A stretch of 58,077 bases of DNA, filler included, from Jimgerdemannia flammicorona (taxonomy: Eukaryota): NCBI GenBank assembly GCA_003990765.1. It is 3 parts of 3 records of this genome, joined end to end, with 100 filler letters (N's around TTAATTAATTAA, not from the genome) between each part and the next. Parts side by side here need not be neighbours in the genome. Positions count along the whole stretch, not along the records: positions 19,395 to 38,686 come from RBNJ01001979.1; positions 38,787 to 58,077 come from RBNJ01001980.1; 1 more part is not named here. One strand, written 5' to 3'. Within the stretch, counting starts at the first letter, position 1. Every line of letters starts with the position of its first letter. Below the pieces are notes generated by a model. The model was not told the DNA's origin and made no database searches. It worked only from the letters and a program-made list of their open reading frames with translations. Of this stretch, positions 33,582-47,708 are shown piece after piece. The position numbers were made by a program, and so were the translations under genes.

Positions 33582-35199
33582 ATTTGCTTTTACACTCGTT
33601 TCATGCAACAAACGGCGTATTTATATGTGGCTATGTCGACTGGTTTTGGGCAGACTGACCGTACGATCACAATATCGGAATCCCCTATGTGGACATGTGA
33701 CGAAACTGGCAAAGTTACACGGATGCGGTACCGATGGTAGGATATTGGAAAAACTGCTTAATTGCTATTTCAAACATTATGTTTCCCTCCAACAGTTTTT
33801 CGACCGCGAAACCTTTGACCTATGTATCGTAAGACACGACCTTAGTTCGCAAATCCGTTGCTCATTTTAAGACTCGTGAGTTTCTTTAGCATCCTCAATG
33901 GCTACAAATGAGAGAAAATGTAGGGAATATCGTTATTTACATCTGGGACCGACATGACAGATATGACCCGAATCTGCGTTAGTAGCGTCACAGGATCAAA
34001 CGTCGTCACGCCAAAAATGTCGATAGCGTGTACCAATGCCGCGTGCTTACAATGCACAAATTTAGATCGGCGATCAAAAGCCCCTTACTATCTAGAATAG
34101 AAGACAATCGCGTCGAAGTAAAAAACCTTCACCCACTAAAAAATAGACAAACCGCCCGTTTCGTGCGCGGAAGCGTTATCAAATTACGTTTATTTATGAA
34201 ACGCTTGTACAATTACTATACGTAGCTATGCAAGGAAAATTATGACGTTGAACAGGTTGTACAATTTTCGTGCTTAACGTGTTCAAAGCCTTTCAGTAAT
34301 TTTAAAAGGCTTTCTTACCTGTCGCAAAGGCAGCTCCGCCCACTAGATAATAGATAAACCCCTTGATTCGTGTGCGTCAACATGCATCTACGTTTTTTAA
34401 TGAAACCCTGAACAATTACTATACATAGCTCTCAGGAAAAATTGAGTTGTACAATCTTCTTAAAGTGGGTTAGATCTTTTTATTCGCTAGGGTGTAAAAT
34501 GTTCATGAAAAATAGGACTAACCTTCGTCAACATTATATCCCGTTTGTGCCATTAGATCACATAATCAAAAACTTCATGGGAGATTTCTGTGCAATGGCG
34601 ACTCAATATGTTAAAGTGTGCACTCAAAGTGTAAAGAATTGTGAAGTTCATGCCCTAGAAATAGAATCCGCACAGAAGATATATTTAACACTAATATTTC
34701 TGTTCACGAGCCGCTGAACAACAAAGGAAATTTTGAGGGGAGTTATGACAGCGATTGGTGACCCAAATTTTGACGGTAACACTATAATTGAATAGCCACT
34801 ACCACGTGACCAGCCTCCAAGGATCATCTCTTCCTGACGTGACACCAGCGATCCATCAACGAAATTAATTTCGGCCCCTTTGTTGATCCTGGGTGATTCG
34901 CCTATGGTGTTCCAAACCATTATCTCCATCAGACCGCTATACCTAGACTGCTCGTTGACTGGTGTTGATGAGGTTGGGTACAGGAAAGATTGACGTGGCC
35001 AGCCAACTCGCTTGCATTGCATATTATCTCGTTGATGAAATTCTCATTATTACATCTTGATAATGTGGCTTATATATGTAACTACGACATCTTTAAGTTA
35101 CGTCACTCGACGCGCTATCTGGAATAATAAACAACGCCCCTCTTCTCCTCCAACATATAGCAGTTGAAAATAATTTTTATTCACCACTGGACAAGATGT

Positions 35200-35930
35200 A
35201 GATGACAGTTGTGTTGGCTGCTGCATTTGGGCTGACTGGGATATAGAGGAGGTTTTGACTGGTATTTTTACATAAAATTCTTGATTTCTTTTTCCTTAAA
35301 CTGAACATTATGCAAGATGACTATATAACTCTTCTTAATATTTCAGAGCTGATATGATTTGCTGCTATATTTTAGAAACTCATTCTTGTCATCTTTCAGC
35401 TTAAATTTATATTAATTAGTATTACTTTTATTAAGAATACATATATATATCACACCTAAATATATATAGATGGAATATGTTAGGCTTCATTTTACTCTAT
35501 AATTCCTCAGGGATAAGATCATCATCTCTCTTGGATTGTTGATTGTTATTGTCAGATTTCTTGCTTAGAGCTTGAGAAACAGACTTTGTCTCAATAAGAA
35601 TATAATAATCTAGCTACATATATAATATTTCAATAATAATATAGTTAAATCACTCAACTATATCATTTTGTTGAGATATATAAGCTATTGTCTGATAGCA
35701 TATACTGTATTTTCTCAAGAACTGCTTAAATACACTATTGATATATTTATATCTATTATCTAAATATATAATATATATTCTAGTAATAGTCTTAAATTTT
35801 TTGAATTTCTCTAAGACTTTTTTTTTAGCTAATAAGAAGTATACATATGCTTTATATATTTAATTATCAATGAATATAATAAAATATCTCTTTTTACTAT
35901 AAGAAAGATATATATTAGACTATAGATATC
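35200..35930 (-). pseudogene. Ty1/copia integrase relic
   Basis: Degenerate AYISQQNDIVE*FN (cf. PxxPQQNGVAERxN) and upstream YFIIFIDN motifs. Confidence 0.6.
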
Positions 35931-35944
35931 TATATATATATATA

Positions 35945-38786
35945 TTATGGAATACTTAGAAGAGGCTTGCAAGAAGAGGGTTATTTATTATTGATTACAG
36001 AATATATGCTTTAATATATATTGATTGATGATATAGTCAAGAATTGGCTGCACTACTATATATTGAGATATAACCCAAATTCTAGAAATTTCAATACTCC
36101 TGCTCAATGAGATATGCAAACTATAAAGAAAAAACTAAGCTATAATCTTTGCAAATCTCACTGCAATATTCAATTACTATCTAGAAACTGAAAAATACTC
36201 AAATTCTCTACTTATAGGATCAAAAATAGGTTGAAAAACAATACAATGAAGATATATAGATGATAAATATTGGTAGAAATCACCAATGTAAAATCAATGT
36301 TAGAAGAGAGGTTTGCTACTGCTCTATTATTCTATTTTATCCTGAAATATCCTTATTACTAGTATATAGCCCTGTAATATCTATTCCTTGTATACATAAG
36401 TCAAACTTTGTCTTTGAAAGGGCTTTAGTCAATGAATCTGCCATCATATACTCCATTGAGATATATTCAAGATATATAGTTCCTTTTTCTATACATTCAT
36501 ATATGAAATAGTACTGTATATTAATGTGTTTCATTCTGGCATAATGTATAGAGTTCTTTTCCAAAGCTATCATCAACTGGTTGTCTTACTAAAGTAGTAT
36601 AGAGTGCTGTTGCTCATATCCTACATAACTCCCTTAGAGCTATATAGCTTCCTTTATTACTATTGACAATACTTGATATTCTACTTATATAGAAGATATC
36701 ACCACCAAAGATTGCTTATATATTTATCATGAAATAGCTCCTTTTTCACTGATTTTAAAAAGATATCTAGTTATAGACCATCTATTATCCAGATCACTAG
36801 CCCAATTAGTATCACATATACCAGAGAGATTTATGATACTTTCTGCTTTATCTCTTATTACTGCCTAAACTGAGTGTATAGTATACTGTTCTCTTGATAT
36901 ACTGAAGAATGCACTTAACTGTCATCTAATGCATATTATTATAGTATGATGAGTATTGCACTATCTTGTTCACAGTATAGGATATATTAGGTCTTGTCTC
37001 AAGTATAAGATATATGAGAGATCTCACAGCTTATCAATAGGAGATGTCATTATCTTTGGGTGTAGTTTCAGACTTCTTTAATCTCATAAATATCTCTATA
37101 GGTATCTCAACTGACTTACATTTACTCATACCAAATTATTCAAGTATAGTTTAAATATAGGCTCCTTAGCTCAGATATATAGTCTGTACACTCCTGTCAT
37201 ATGTAATAGATATCTCCAAAAGGAAAGACATGCTCCCCATATCTGTCATCTTGAATTTCTTATGTAGTGCTGCCTTTACCTCATTGATTTCACTCACTGT
37301 TCTAACCAAAATAATATCATCTATCCAAATTTCTAGGTATACTGTTCCTAAGGATATATTTCAGATATATATGTATGGATCAGCTTCATAACATTCAAAT
37401 CCATTGTCTAAGAGATATTTGTTGATTTTTCTATAGAGCCCTTTACATAGTTTACATACAAGTTCATTCTGATTATTATTATAGAGTTTGTATCTCTGTG
37501 GCTAATAAATATATAGTTCTATATCTATATCACCATTCAAGAATGCTGTCTTTACATCCATTTGGTGGATTTCATAGTTATATTTAGCTCTGATCACAAG
37601 AAGTATTCTAAGTGAAGTAAGTTTGAATACTAGGGAAAATATCTCATCATAGTTAATACTATAGTCTTGCAAGTATCCCTTTGCTACAAATTAAGCTTTA
37701 TACTACTCTATACTGCCTTAACTATTCCACTTAACTTTGTAGACCCACTGAGATACAATGGCTTGTCTATTCATCAGGAGAGAAACTAGATCCCAGATGT
37801 TATTCTTGATGAGTGAACTATACTCCTCATCTATAGTCTTTTTCTATTTTCTATTATCATTTGAATATATAGCTTCATTATAGATTGAAGGCTCATCTGC
37901 CATAGCTATGTAAGTGTATTTGTAGACATAGTTTATATGATGTTTGCTACTGTGAGATTTCTTCAGAGCATCCCAATAACCTCCTAAATCTGCCTCTACT
38001 TCATTCTGTAGTCTAGATTTGTGTATTTTTTTGCCCTTTAGAGAGGTATTTTCTTTATTGTCCTTATCTATAATTTCCATAATTCTTGACTCTGGTAGCC
38101 TCATTGGTATGAATATAGGTTATGCTGGCACTGATATAGGTGCCAGAAATGTCTTTGTAGTTATTTTGGCTGCTATTCCAGATGTAAATGCCATTCTGCT
38201 AGCCCTTGAAGTTAGTATAGATGTTGTTGGCTGTACTATCAGATTTACCATCAGATTTGAGATAGAAATTTCTATCTAAATTTTCTGATTTTTGATCTTA
38301 ATCTTCTTGAACTAGATATTATGAGAGATGACTGTATAATACTTCTGTAGATTTCACAGTCTATATGCTACTCCATCATATCTAAGGAATATATGCTTTT
38401 CTACTTTAGGCTCAAATTTGCCTCTATTGCCACCTTTATCCAGAATGTAATCCTTGCTTTCAAATATACATAAGTGTGAGATATCTGACTTGGATCCACT
38501 CTATAATTCCTCAGAGATAAGATCATTCCTGTGATCATCTGACTGATTGTTATGAAATTCTTTACATTTCTTACTTAAGGCTTAAGAAACATAATGATTA
38601 CTGGTATATGCTGCTGTATTCACTGCTTCAGCCCAGAAGGAGTATGATAAGTCAGCTATATTTATCATTTTTTTTTTTTTTTTTTTNNNNNNNNNNNNNN
38701 NNNNNNNNNNNNNNNNNNNNNNNNNNNNNNTTAATTAATTAANNNNNNNNNNNNNNNNNNNNNNNNNNNNNNNNNNNNNNNNNNNN

Positions 38787-38836
<50 letters not shown>

Positions 38837-39990
38837 TATACATAGAGAACTATTTCCTATATAATATAATATATTATGTAACTCTTGAATCCATTAATCA
38901 GATATCATTATTATCAGCTAAATTTGCAGTGAATTTACTAGATATATATATAGATAGGATAGCTCACTTTAATGGTATTTTTATTTCTGGCAGTATTGAT
39001 GTTATTGGTACTTTATATCAAGGGAAAATTATATTACTATTGACCAGAATTTATATATAAATTACTAGATTTGGTGAATTTGCCTATATATATATATAGA
39101 TCTTATACTAGCAGACCTAGTAGAAGAAATATAGTCATCTATATATATTACTAATGTGAAGAACATACTATCATTGTTATTAGTTTCAGTAGTATTAGTA
39201 TTGTCATATTTCTCTTTGTCTTAATAACTCTTTCCACTATCTCTATATTACTAATGCTGGCTTCTATAAATATTTTCACTACTCTTCTTATTGTTTTTCC
39301 AGTGATAACAGTTATACTTCTTATATCTATATTTACCATAGTATTTAAAGTAACTATTATATTTGATAGATTAACTAGACTAGTTGTTATTATATTATTG
39401 AACTTAGATTTATTAATCTTATTTAGTATCACATCTGTATAATCTATAGAATATATTCTTATCATTGTCAGTGGTACTATTTCCTTGGTATAATTCCTCA
39501 TTCATGAGGTTTATTATAATGTGAGTATAATCTATAAGTTTGTTAATTTCTTACATGGCCACCACTATAATATGATAGGCTTCAGGAAGGTTCCTTATAA
39601 GAGCCCAGACCTTGTCTTTATTATTTATACATTGTACTAATATACTTAGCAAATTTACCTAATTCACTAAATTATTGATGTAACTGATATATTTATAGAT
39701 ATTCTTCTTTATCTTCATTTATTGATACAAATATCAGAGATTTTAGATAAAATTAATTCAATTCGGATATTTGCATCTTATGATTATATAGTGTTTTCTA
39801 TATAAGTAGTTGCTACATATATTATAAGCTTCACTTGGGAGTTAGATAGTATAAATGTAATCTTATATAATACTTGATAGTCATTTATACTATTATAATC
39901 TTATATCAGTACTTATGGATTTATAAACTCTATCAAGCTATATTTGTCAAGGAGATTTATTATATAAAATGTACAGATTATATAATCTTT
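35945..39990 (-). mobile_element. Degenerate Ty1/copia retrotransposon (gag-like, IN, RT, RNase H) spanning a gap
   Basis: RT IHQMDVKTAFLNG, IWIDD; RNase H CDTNWASDLDNR, KHINIQYYF, MADSLTKAL; IN FWAEAVNTAAY. IN precedes RT. Joining across the gap and the boundaries are uncertain. Confidence 0.8.
38687..38786. other. Scaffold gap with artificial TTAATTAATTAA linker
   Basis: 100-nt N block with the linker at 38731-38742, flanked by polyT and polyA. Confidence 0.97.
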
Positions 39991-42059
39991 TCTGTCAAAG
40001 ATTAAGATAGACCTCTTGGCTGTATTTATGATTACAACTAAAACTATGTTTTCTAGTACTCTGAATAAGTCAATTTAATCTAGATTTAATTCAGATTAAT
40101 TTGGATTGAATCTCATCCAGATTAACTCAGATGGGATTTGAATCTCATCTAGATTGATTTGAATCTGATTTCCAAATTAGACAATTAAATGTTTATATCA
40201 ATAACTCAATAAATAATTATCCAATTTTGATGATATTAGGGTTATTGCAAAGTCCTTAATAAGGCCTTTCTGATATACTGGTTACATCTCTATCTATAAG
40301 TAGATTTATATAGATATTTCAGATATTTTGAGTATTTCAGAATACTTTTCAACCTATTAAAATTTTATAAATATAGGATTTTATATTAGTCATAATTCTG
40401 GGTTATATGCAGTTCATATATTATATATTGCTTTTTTATTCTAGTTTGCATTTCTTTTTTTAGAGTACATATTGTATTTCTTTTTTGTTTACATATCTTA
40501 TTAAGTTAGAGTATTGAGATAGCAACTCAATATTTAGCATATGACCTTATTCCATTTCATTAGATTTATGTCATTCATCAGTAATACTGAGAAATATATA
40601 ACCTATGTAACTTCCATAAAACACCTCTCTTTTACAATATTAATATTATCAAAATATTGGTTTATTAATATATTTAATTATATATTATTAATTTATATTC
40701 TTTTTTTAATTTAGTATTACCTAAAGTAGTTATTTTTTTATCAGATATGAGTTAGAACTATAATAGATTATTTTAATACTCTTAATAATATAGATTGAAC
40801 TCTAGTCTGAGTTCTAAAGAATAGAGAAGAAATATATATTCATAAAAAGTTACTTCTTATACAAAACATCTCTTTGATCAGAAGATTCAAAATAGATTCT
40901 ATGTTAAAATCATAAATTGTTCTATTCAAATTATTATTATAATATAATTTCTCCAGATTGAAATAAATTAGGAAAAGACCAGATAACAAAGAGCTATAGA
41001 ATAATAATGATTTAGATAATAAAGATGAACTGCAGAAAGTGAGACCCCAGGAAGATAAGAGATAAGAGACTATAAGCCTATAGAACTATAAAAAAATATT
41101 CTAAAAAAAGCTATTTAACTATTATATATCTAAAATTCCAGATTTTATAAGGATGAGATATAGCAGAACTATAGAATGATAGATGATATTAGACTATAAA
41201 TAATAATGAATAGCTAGATTATTATTTGCTACTTTTTACTCATTACTGCTTATTACTCATCATTTAGTACTAAACTATCAGCTGCTCTTACTTATTGTAA
41301 ATAGCTAGTCCATTCACCATTCATTCTTAATAAAGTGAGAGATAGTTATTATCTGATATCATTATATTTATTGAAATATCTTTTATAGCAACTCAATATA
41401 TAATAGTATATATAGTCTGACTATATTATTATTATAAATATCATCAATATATATAAAAGCATATAAGCTAGTATCAATAAATAATAAATATCTTCCTTCT
41501 CTCTACTCTTTCAAAGTATTCTTTAATAGTATTATATTAAAATCTATTAAGGTAAAATAAATATACTAATAAATAACTTACTATTATATATATATATATA
41601 ATCCAGATTATTCAAGTACTATCTGATATAACTTATATTATAGAATAATAAGAGAAAGAAGACTAGCTACAGAACTATAGTAGAAGATAGATTATAGGAA
41701 GATAGATAGATAATAGATTTTAAAATAGATAATAGATAGTAAGATAGTGAAATAGATGATTAGAACTATAAGATAGATAATAAAATCTACATATTAGTAG
41801 TATAACAGACTAGTATTGCTTGACAATATAACTCAATACTATATAACTATAACCTTTTATAATCTTAATATATAAATATAAATCTTAATATATAATTATT
41901 ATCTTTCTAAATAACTGTGATCTGCTACTATATAAATAGTATAATCATTACTGTTTAGTTATAGAATAAAAGTATTTCAAGCACTCTTACTCTATAATAA
42001 AATAAATAATAAATAAATAATAAACTAAGTAACTAAAATAATCTACTATTGTATAAATA

Positions 42060-42420
42060 GTTTTCTTAAAATTAAGAGACTAGGCAGATCTTAAATTGAG
42101 ATATTAAGTAACTTTAAGTTAAGAGTAGGTAGTCTTAATTAAGAGACTGATAGGAAATCTTAAATTAAAATATCTAATAGTCTTACATTGAGGCAATAAT
42201 CTTAAATCAAATGGCTAGATAGTATTAAATCTAAAGACTAGTTGGTCTTAGATTAAGATACTAGGTAGTCTTTTAATATAAAGTTATCTGCAGGATTAAG
42301 CATCAAGCCTCTCAAATTAAGGCAATTTAGTCTCTTAATTTAAGACTACTTAAAGATCTTTTAATATTTCTTAATTTAAGATCACTTACTCTAAACTGAA
42401 GATTGTTTAGTATCTTGTTT
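42060..42420. repeat. Array of imperfect palindromic AGTCTTAA..TTAAGACT motifs
   Basis: Repeated TAGTCTTAA / TTAAGA(GA)CT units. A similar array lies at 51745-51900. Confidence 0.55.
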
Positions 42421-43717
42421 TATATCAGTCTGGTCTCTTATAGATAAGTATCTTTAAGAGATCTTAAATTATCTGAGAAGAATAAAATTTATAAATAATG
42501 ATAATAAAATTTTATATTAATATATTATTAAGTATAATATAAATTATAATTAAAATATTATATTTAGATACTATATATTATACATATATATATTAGATTT
42601 TATAAATAGATATATATAAGTTATATTAGATTTAGGGTTAGTAATTAGAGTTAAGGTTAGGATAGGTTTAAGTAAGATTAGAGTAGATTTAGTAGAGTTA
42701 GAGTAGGTTAAGTTATGTTGAGGTTAGATTAGAAAATTTCAAATAAATTATTATATATATATATATATATTTTATTTATATAATATAATTATTATAATAT
42801 ATAAGTAAAATAATATATAATTGAATAAATATTATTTATACTATTATTTTAATAAGTTATAATAGTTAAAATACTCTTTGAGATAATTAGTCTCTAGACT
42901 ACTTTTCTTATTATAGATTATAGAGATTTTCATTTATTGTGATAAGTGGTAGATTATTCTACTAAAATTATAAATTAGCAATATATCTTATCTAGTATAC
43001 TAAGTAACCAAAACTGCTTTATATTCTATTCTGTATAATTAGCTAAAGATAACAGAAATAGTATTTTTACCTATATTGGTCCAATATACTATACTGAGTA
43101 AATATGTTATATCAGTCCAGTATACTATACTATCTAGTATAATGACTGATCTGAATTAGTAACATAAAACAGGGGAATTAGACATTTGATTGCGGTATCT
43201 GAATCCGATTCCCAATATAGCTTAGCCTCATAAATAGCAGCCACATTCTGCAAAGTGCAGAAACTTTAACATTTGCAAGGATTTAGAAGATGTTAGAATC
43301 TTCGCAATCAGCAAAATCTTAGCAGATGTTAAAAGATTCAGTACTTGCAAAATGAGCCATTACTTAGCCACCTTATAGTTAACAAAACTTGTATAAATAA
43401 CCCAGTATCTTAGAGTGAATAAACCTCAGATCGAAATAGTTCAAAAGTAAAGAGATAGCAAAGGAACTAGTAAGCCTACAGGCAGATACACTTCAAACTC
43501 ATCCACCCCTACATCCCAAGGACTCCGAGAAGTCAGAGAAGATCAAGTATTCAAGATACAGAAATCTGACATACTTTCAAGAGTAAGCATTTGCTACATT
43601 ACAACTTGGTGTCCATTAGCTGGTAATTCAAGACAAATCTCTCACTTTCAAGCTGAATAACAAACAACTGCCACTACCTGAGCAACTATACAAACTGAGC
43701 CACAATACCCAGACAAA

Positions 43718-46700
43718 ATAGATATGAGACCACCAGTATTTCACGAGTATATATCAGATAAATCAATCATTACCTTCATTGATAATTTCAAGCAGTATAC
43801 TACTATAAGGACCCTGACAGCAGTACAGCAAGTAGCCCTCATGCCCTTCAGCCTATGAGGTCCTGCCAGAGCAGCATTCACAGCTACAACCCATGCAGGA
43901 AATGATGCTGATACCATACTAACAGCACAGAAGACCTGGCTCTAAAATACATATTATACAGATGAGATCAAGCAAGCCCTGAAGGATCAGCTCAATACAA
44001 TATACCAAGGAATAAGTGAGGATCCAAACACATTCTATACCAGAATTCAATATCAGATAATTCTCGTGGATTATGCTGCTGCTATCTGAGATCAAGTAGC
44101 CGAAGCAACCTTTATGAAAGGAGTTCACCCAGAGATAGTCATGGCCATCCGTTCATTACCAGTAATCCTGGATCTGCCACAGAAGGTCATGTATACTCAG
44201 CGATATTGGACAGCCAGACACCCACAAGACCATACAATGGAAAGAGTCACAGGAGTCAGAATCAAAACACCAAAGGCAACTAGTGTGATCCCTACTATAA
44301 TGATCAATTGAAACACATCTCAGCCAAAAACTACAGAGTAGCAAAAGAACAGTGACCCTATGGAGGAACTTGCCAAGAGGTTCACCAAAATGACTGCCTA
44401 TCTAGGAGACATAGTAAAAGAAATCCAAGAAAGAAACCACCACTTAGTTCAGAAGTTTGCTACCACCTTGGATAAGAAGAAAGGTACCTGCTATACTGGA
44501 GAAGAAGGCCACTACTCCTATGAATGTATGAGCAAAACCAAGTGCAAGGCTCAACCAAGCAATGCTATATGAAACAAGGAGCAGGCCAATACAATTACCT
44601 TCGAGGAAATTGGAGATTCTGATGAAGAAGAATGGGAGGCCTATCCTGCTCAGACTACTAAGAAGGATGTTCGCAAGAAACTATACAAGAGATCACCAGG
44701 AAGACCCAAGAAGAACTCAGTAGAAAAGTAGATGGAAACAGCAACTGAAAGTCAAGCTGAAGAGATGGACCAAGATATAGAGCTGGAGGAAGCAGTTCAA
44801 GATATTATCCGAGGAACTACCATAGCCAGCGAAGGAGAAAAAGAAAAGAAACTTCACAAGACCAAGACTTTCAAGTATGATATCTTCAAGAATCTTAGCC
44901 AACAAAAGGTCAATGCAACCTTTGGACAGCTCACAGAAATCCCAACATTCAGACAACAAATGAGGTTTGGACTTGCCGAAACAACCAAGGAGCAAGGATG
45001 GAAGATAACTGAGGCCAATAACATTCAAGAGAACTCAGGAGAAGAAAGTGAAGACAATCGCAAAACCTCTGCCTATGCAATATGCCAAATCGAAGATAGG
45101 GTCTTTGAAGTCATCATAGATACTGGAGCAGGAGGATATCTTCTCAGTAAGAAAGTAGCAGACTGCCTAGGCTGGGAAGTTGAAGAAGCAATCAAGTTGG
45201 TTTTTGTCACAGTAGATGGCACAAGAGCCACCCTTCTGGGAAAGATCTGAGAAGTCTCCATCAAGATTGGAGGAGCAACTATTCCAGTAGATGTAATTGT
45301 AACCAATGCCACCAACTATGACATCCTTATTGGCAATCAATGGCTCCACAAAGTCAGGGCAGTAATCAATCTCAATGCCCAGAAGATGCAAATCACCTAC
45401 CGGGAACAGAAGATATGAATTCCCATCAATGTCAACAAAGGAGTCTTGCCTGACATGAAGGAAGAAGAGAGCAAGCAAGAGGAAGCTTATATGATGACCA
45501 TACAGAAAAAGAAGAAGAAAGTCAGATAGATGAATGAAGAAGAATGGTACAAGAAGATTGCAGAAGGATATGCATTACAAGGAGTCTGCCCACATGGAAT
45601 CCGAATGTACTGTATGGAGCATGTCAATGAGTGCTACTAGTGCACTGGCAAAATCAAGGAGATCTACCACCAAAGAAGAGAGAAGACCCTCAAGAAACAA
45701 GCCAAAGAGAAAAAGGAGGAGGAAGATGATGAACCACCAGCCCTTCTGGAGGACAGTGATGATGAAGAAGAAATCAAGGTCAAAATCTGAAAGACTCACC
45801 CTGATGCAGTCCTGCCAGAATACAAATCGGAAAATACAGCTAGAATGGATATTGCCACAGTGGAAGAAACTGTACTTGAACCCCAGACAACTACTCTACT
45901 TGCAACTGGCCTGGAGATGACCATCCCAAAGGATTATGTTGGGATCCTCAAGACAAGAAGCAGTTTGGCAAGAAGCGAAATTACGATTGAAGGAGGAGTC
46001 ATTGATTTAGACTACATTGGAGAAATACTACTCATCACTAAGAATCACAATTTTACTATTCTATTCCCAATCAAGAAGAGGAACTGACTGGCACAGATAT
46101 TGATCTTTCCAGTCCAATAACTAAGGATCATAGAAGTCAAGAAGTTGGAGGAAATGAAAAGAGGAAAGAAAGGATTCGGATCCATAAGAAATGGAGTATT
46201 TGCCAGTACCAAGATTACTGAACTAGAGCACAAGAAGGAGGAAATCACAAACAAGCACAGTTATACCATTGGAAATGAATTTCCACTCAAGGAGGAACTC
46301 AAGAAAATACTCCATGAATTCAAGGATGTTCTCACCACAGATTTCAAGAATATCAAGGGAAAGACCCCACACTACTATCATGAGGTAGATACTAGAGACA
46401 CCAAACCAATTTACCAGAAGGCAAGACCTGTCCCACCAGCCTACTGAGAATGGCTCAGAGAAGAAATCAAGCAGATAGAAGAAGCTGGTATTATCAAAGA
46501 AGCCAGCAGCCCCTGGTCTTCACCAGTTGTACTAGCTCCGAAAAGGAAGCAAACCTGGAGAATTTGCCCCAAGACTCTGTGTTGACTACAGAAAGCTCAA
46601 TGCAGTTATCAAGAAGGATTGGCAATCACTGCCCCTCATCAGTGACATCCTTATAATACTGGAAGATGAAGTACAGTACTATAGTACCTTAGACTTATAC

Positions 46701-47708
46701 TCAGGATTCCACCAAATTGGACTCACAGAGATGGCAAGTGAAAAGTCAGCCTTCATCACCCCAGACAGGACCTACATCTACCTATGAATGCTATTCGGGA
46801 TGTGTAATGCACCAGCAAGCTTTCAGCAAATGATGAACAAAATCTTCTGCTATGACATGGGAAGATGGATGATGGTCTATGTCGATGATGTAATCATCTA
46901 CAGCAAAACACCTGAGGAACACCTGTAGTACATACAGCAGATTATGGAAAGACTGAGAAAACACAGCCTGTACATCAAGCCCAAGAAATGCAAGTTTGCA
47001 GAAATCAAGATCTCCTATCTTGGCCATATTATCAATCGAGATGGAACACACATGGACCCCCTCAAGATATAAGCAGTAGCAGCATACCCAAGGCCCACCA
47101 CTGTTACAGAAGCCCAAGCATTCATGGGACTTGCCTCCTACTATAATAGATTTATTAGAGGATTTTCCAACATTGTAGGTCCAATCTATGAACTCAACAA
47201 GAAGAACATCAAGTTCCAGTGGACTGGCAGACAACAAAAAGCATTTGATGAACTCAAAGTCAGACTGACCCAGGCACCCATCCTCAGATGACCCAATTGG
47301 ACTCAAGAATTCATCCTGCAGACTGATGTAAGTATACAAGGACTAGGAGTAGTTCTAGTTCAAAAGGAAGATAAAAAAGAGTATATCATTGCATACCTAA
47401 GCAGAGGAACCCAAGGAGCTGAAAAAGAATATGAATCCTACAAGTTGGAATGCCTTGCAGTTATCTGGGCCATGGAAAAGTTCCACTACTATCTGGCTGG
47501 AAGACACTTCACCATTTAGATGGATTACTCAGCTCTCATCTGGCTACTGACAATTGGACAACCCAAAGGAATCTATACCAGATGGATAATGAAGTTACAA
47601 GCCTATGATGTAACCATTGTACACTGCCCTGGAAGAACAAATTCCAATGCAGATGCTCTCTCACGGACACCTTGAAACACCCCCAACCAACAAATCAATT
47701 ATGAATAA
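43718..47708 (+). pseudogene. ORF1 Gag-PR-dUTPase-RT-RNase H polyprotein, copy 2
   Basis: ORF pieces at 44114, 44360, 44732, 45845 and 46145 are all in one frame (no gag/pol shift). IIDTGA protease, dUTPase 45773-46186 (GVIDLDYIGEI, RGKKGFGS), RT YVDD, RH NADALSR. Many premature stops. Confidence 0.9.

Noticed and set aside
34648..35022. 124-aa minus-strand ORF
   Set aside because: No recognisable motif or splice support.
26558..43138. Composite transposon formed by the two inverted gypsy copies around the zinc-cluster genes
   Set aside because: Each copy has its own TSD pair and LTR type, showing independent insertions; a scaffold gap also lies between them.
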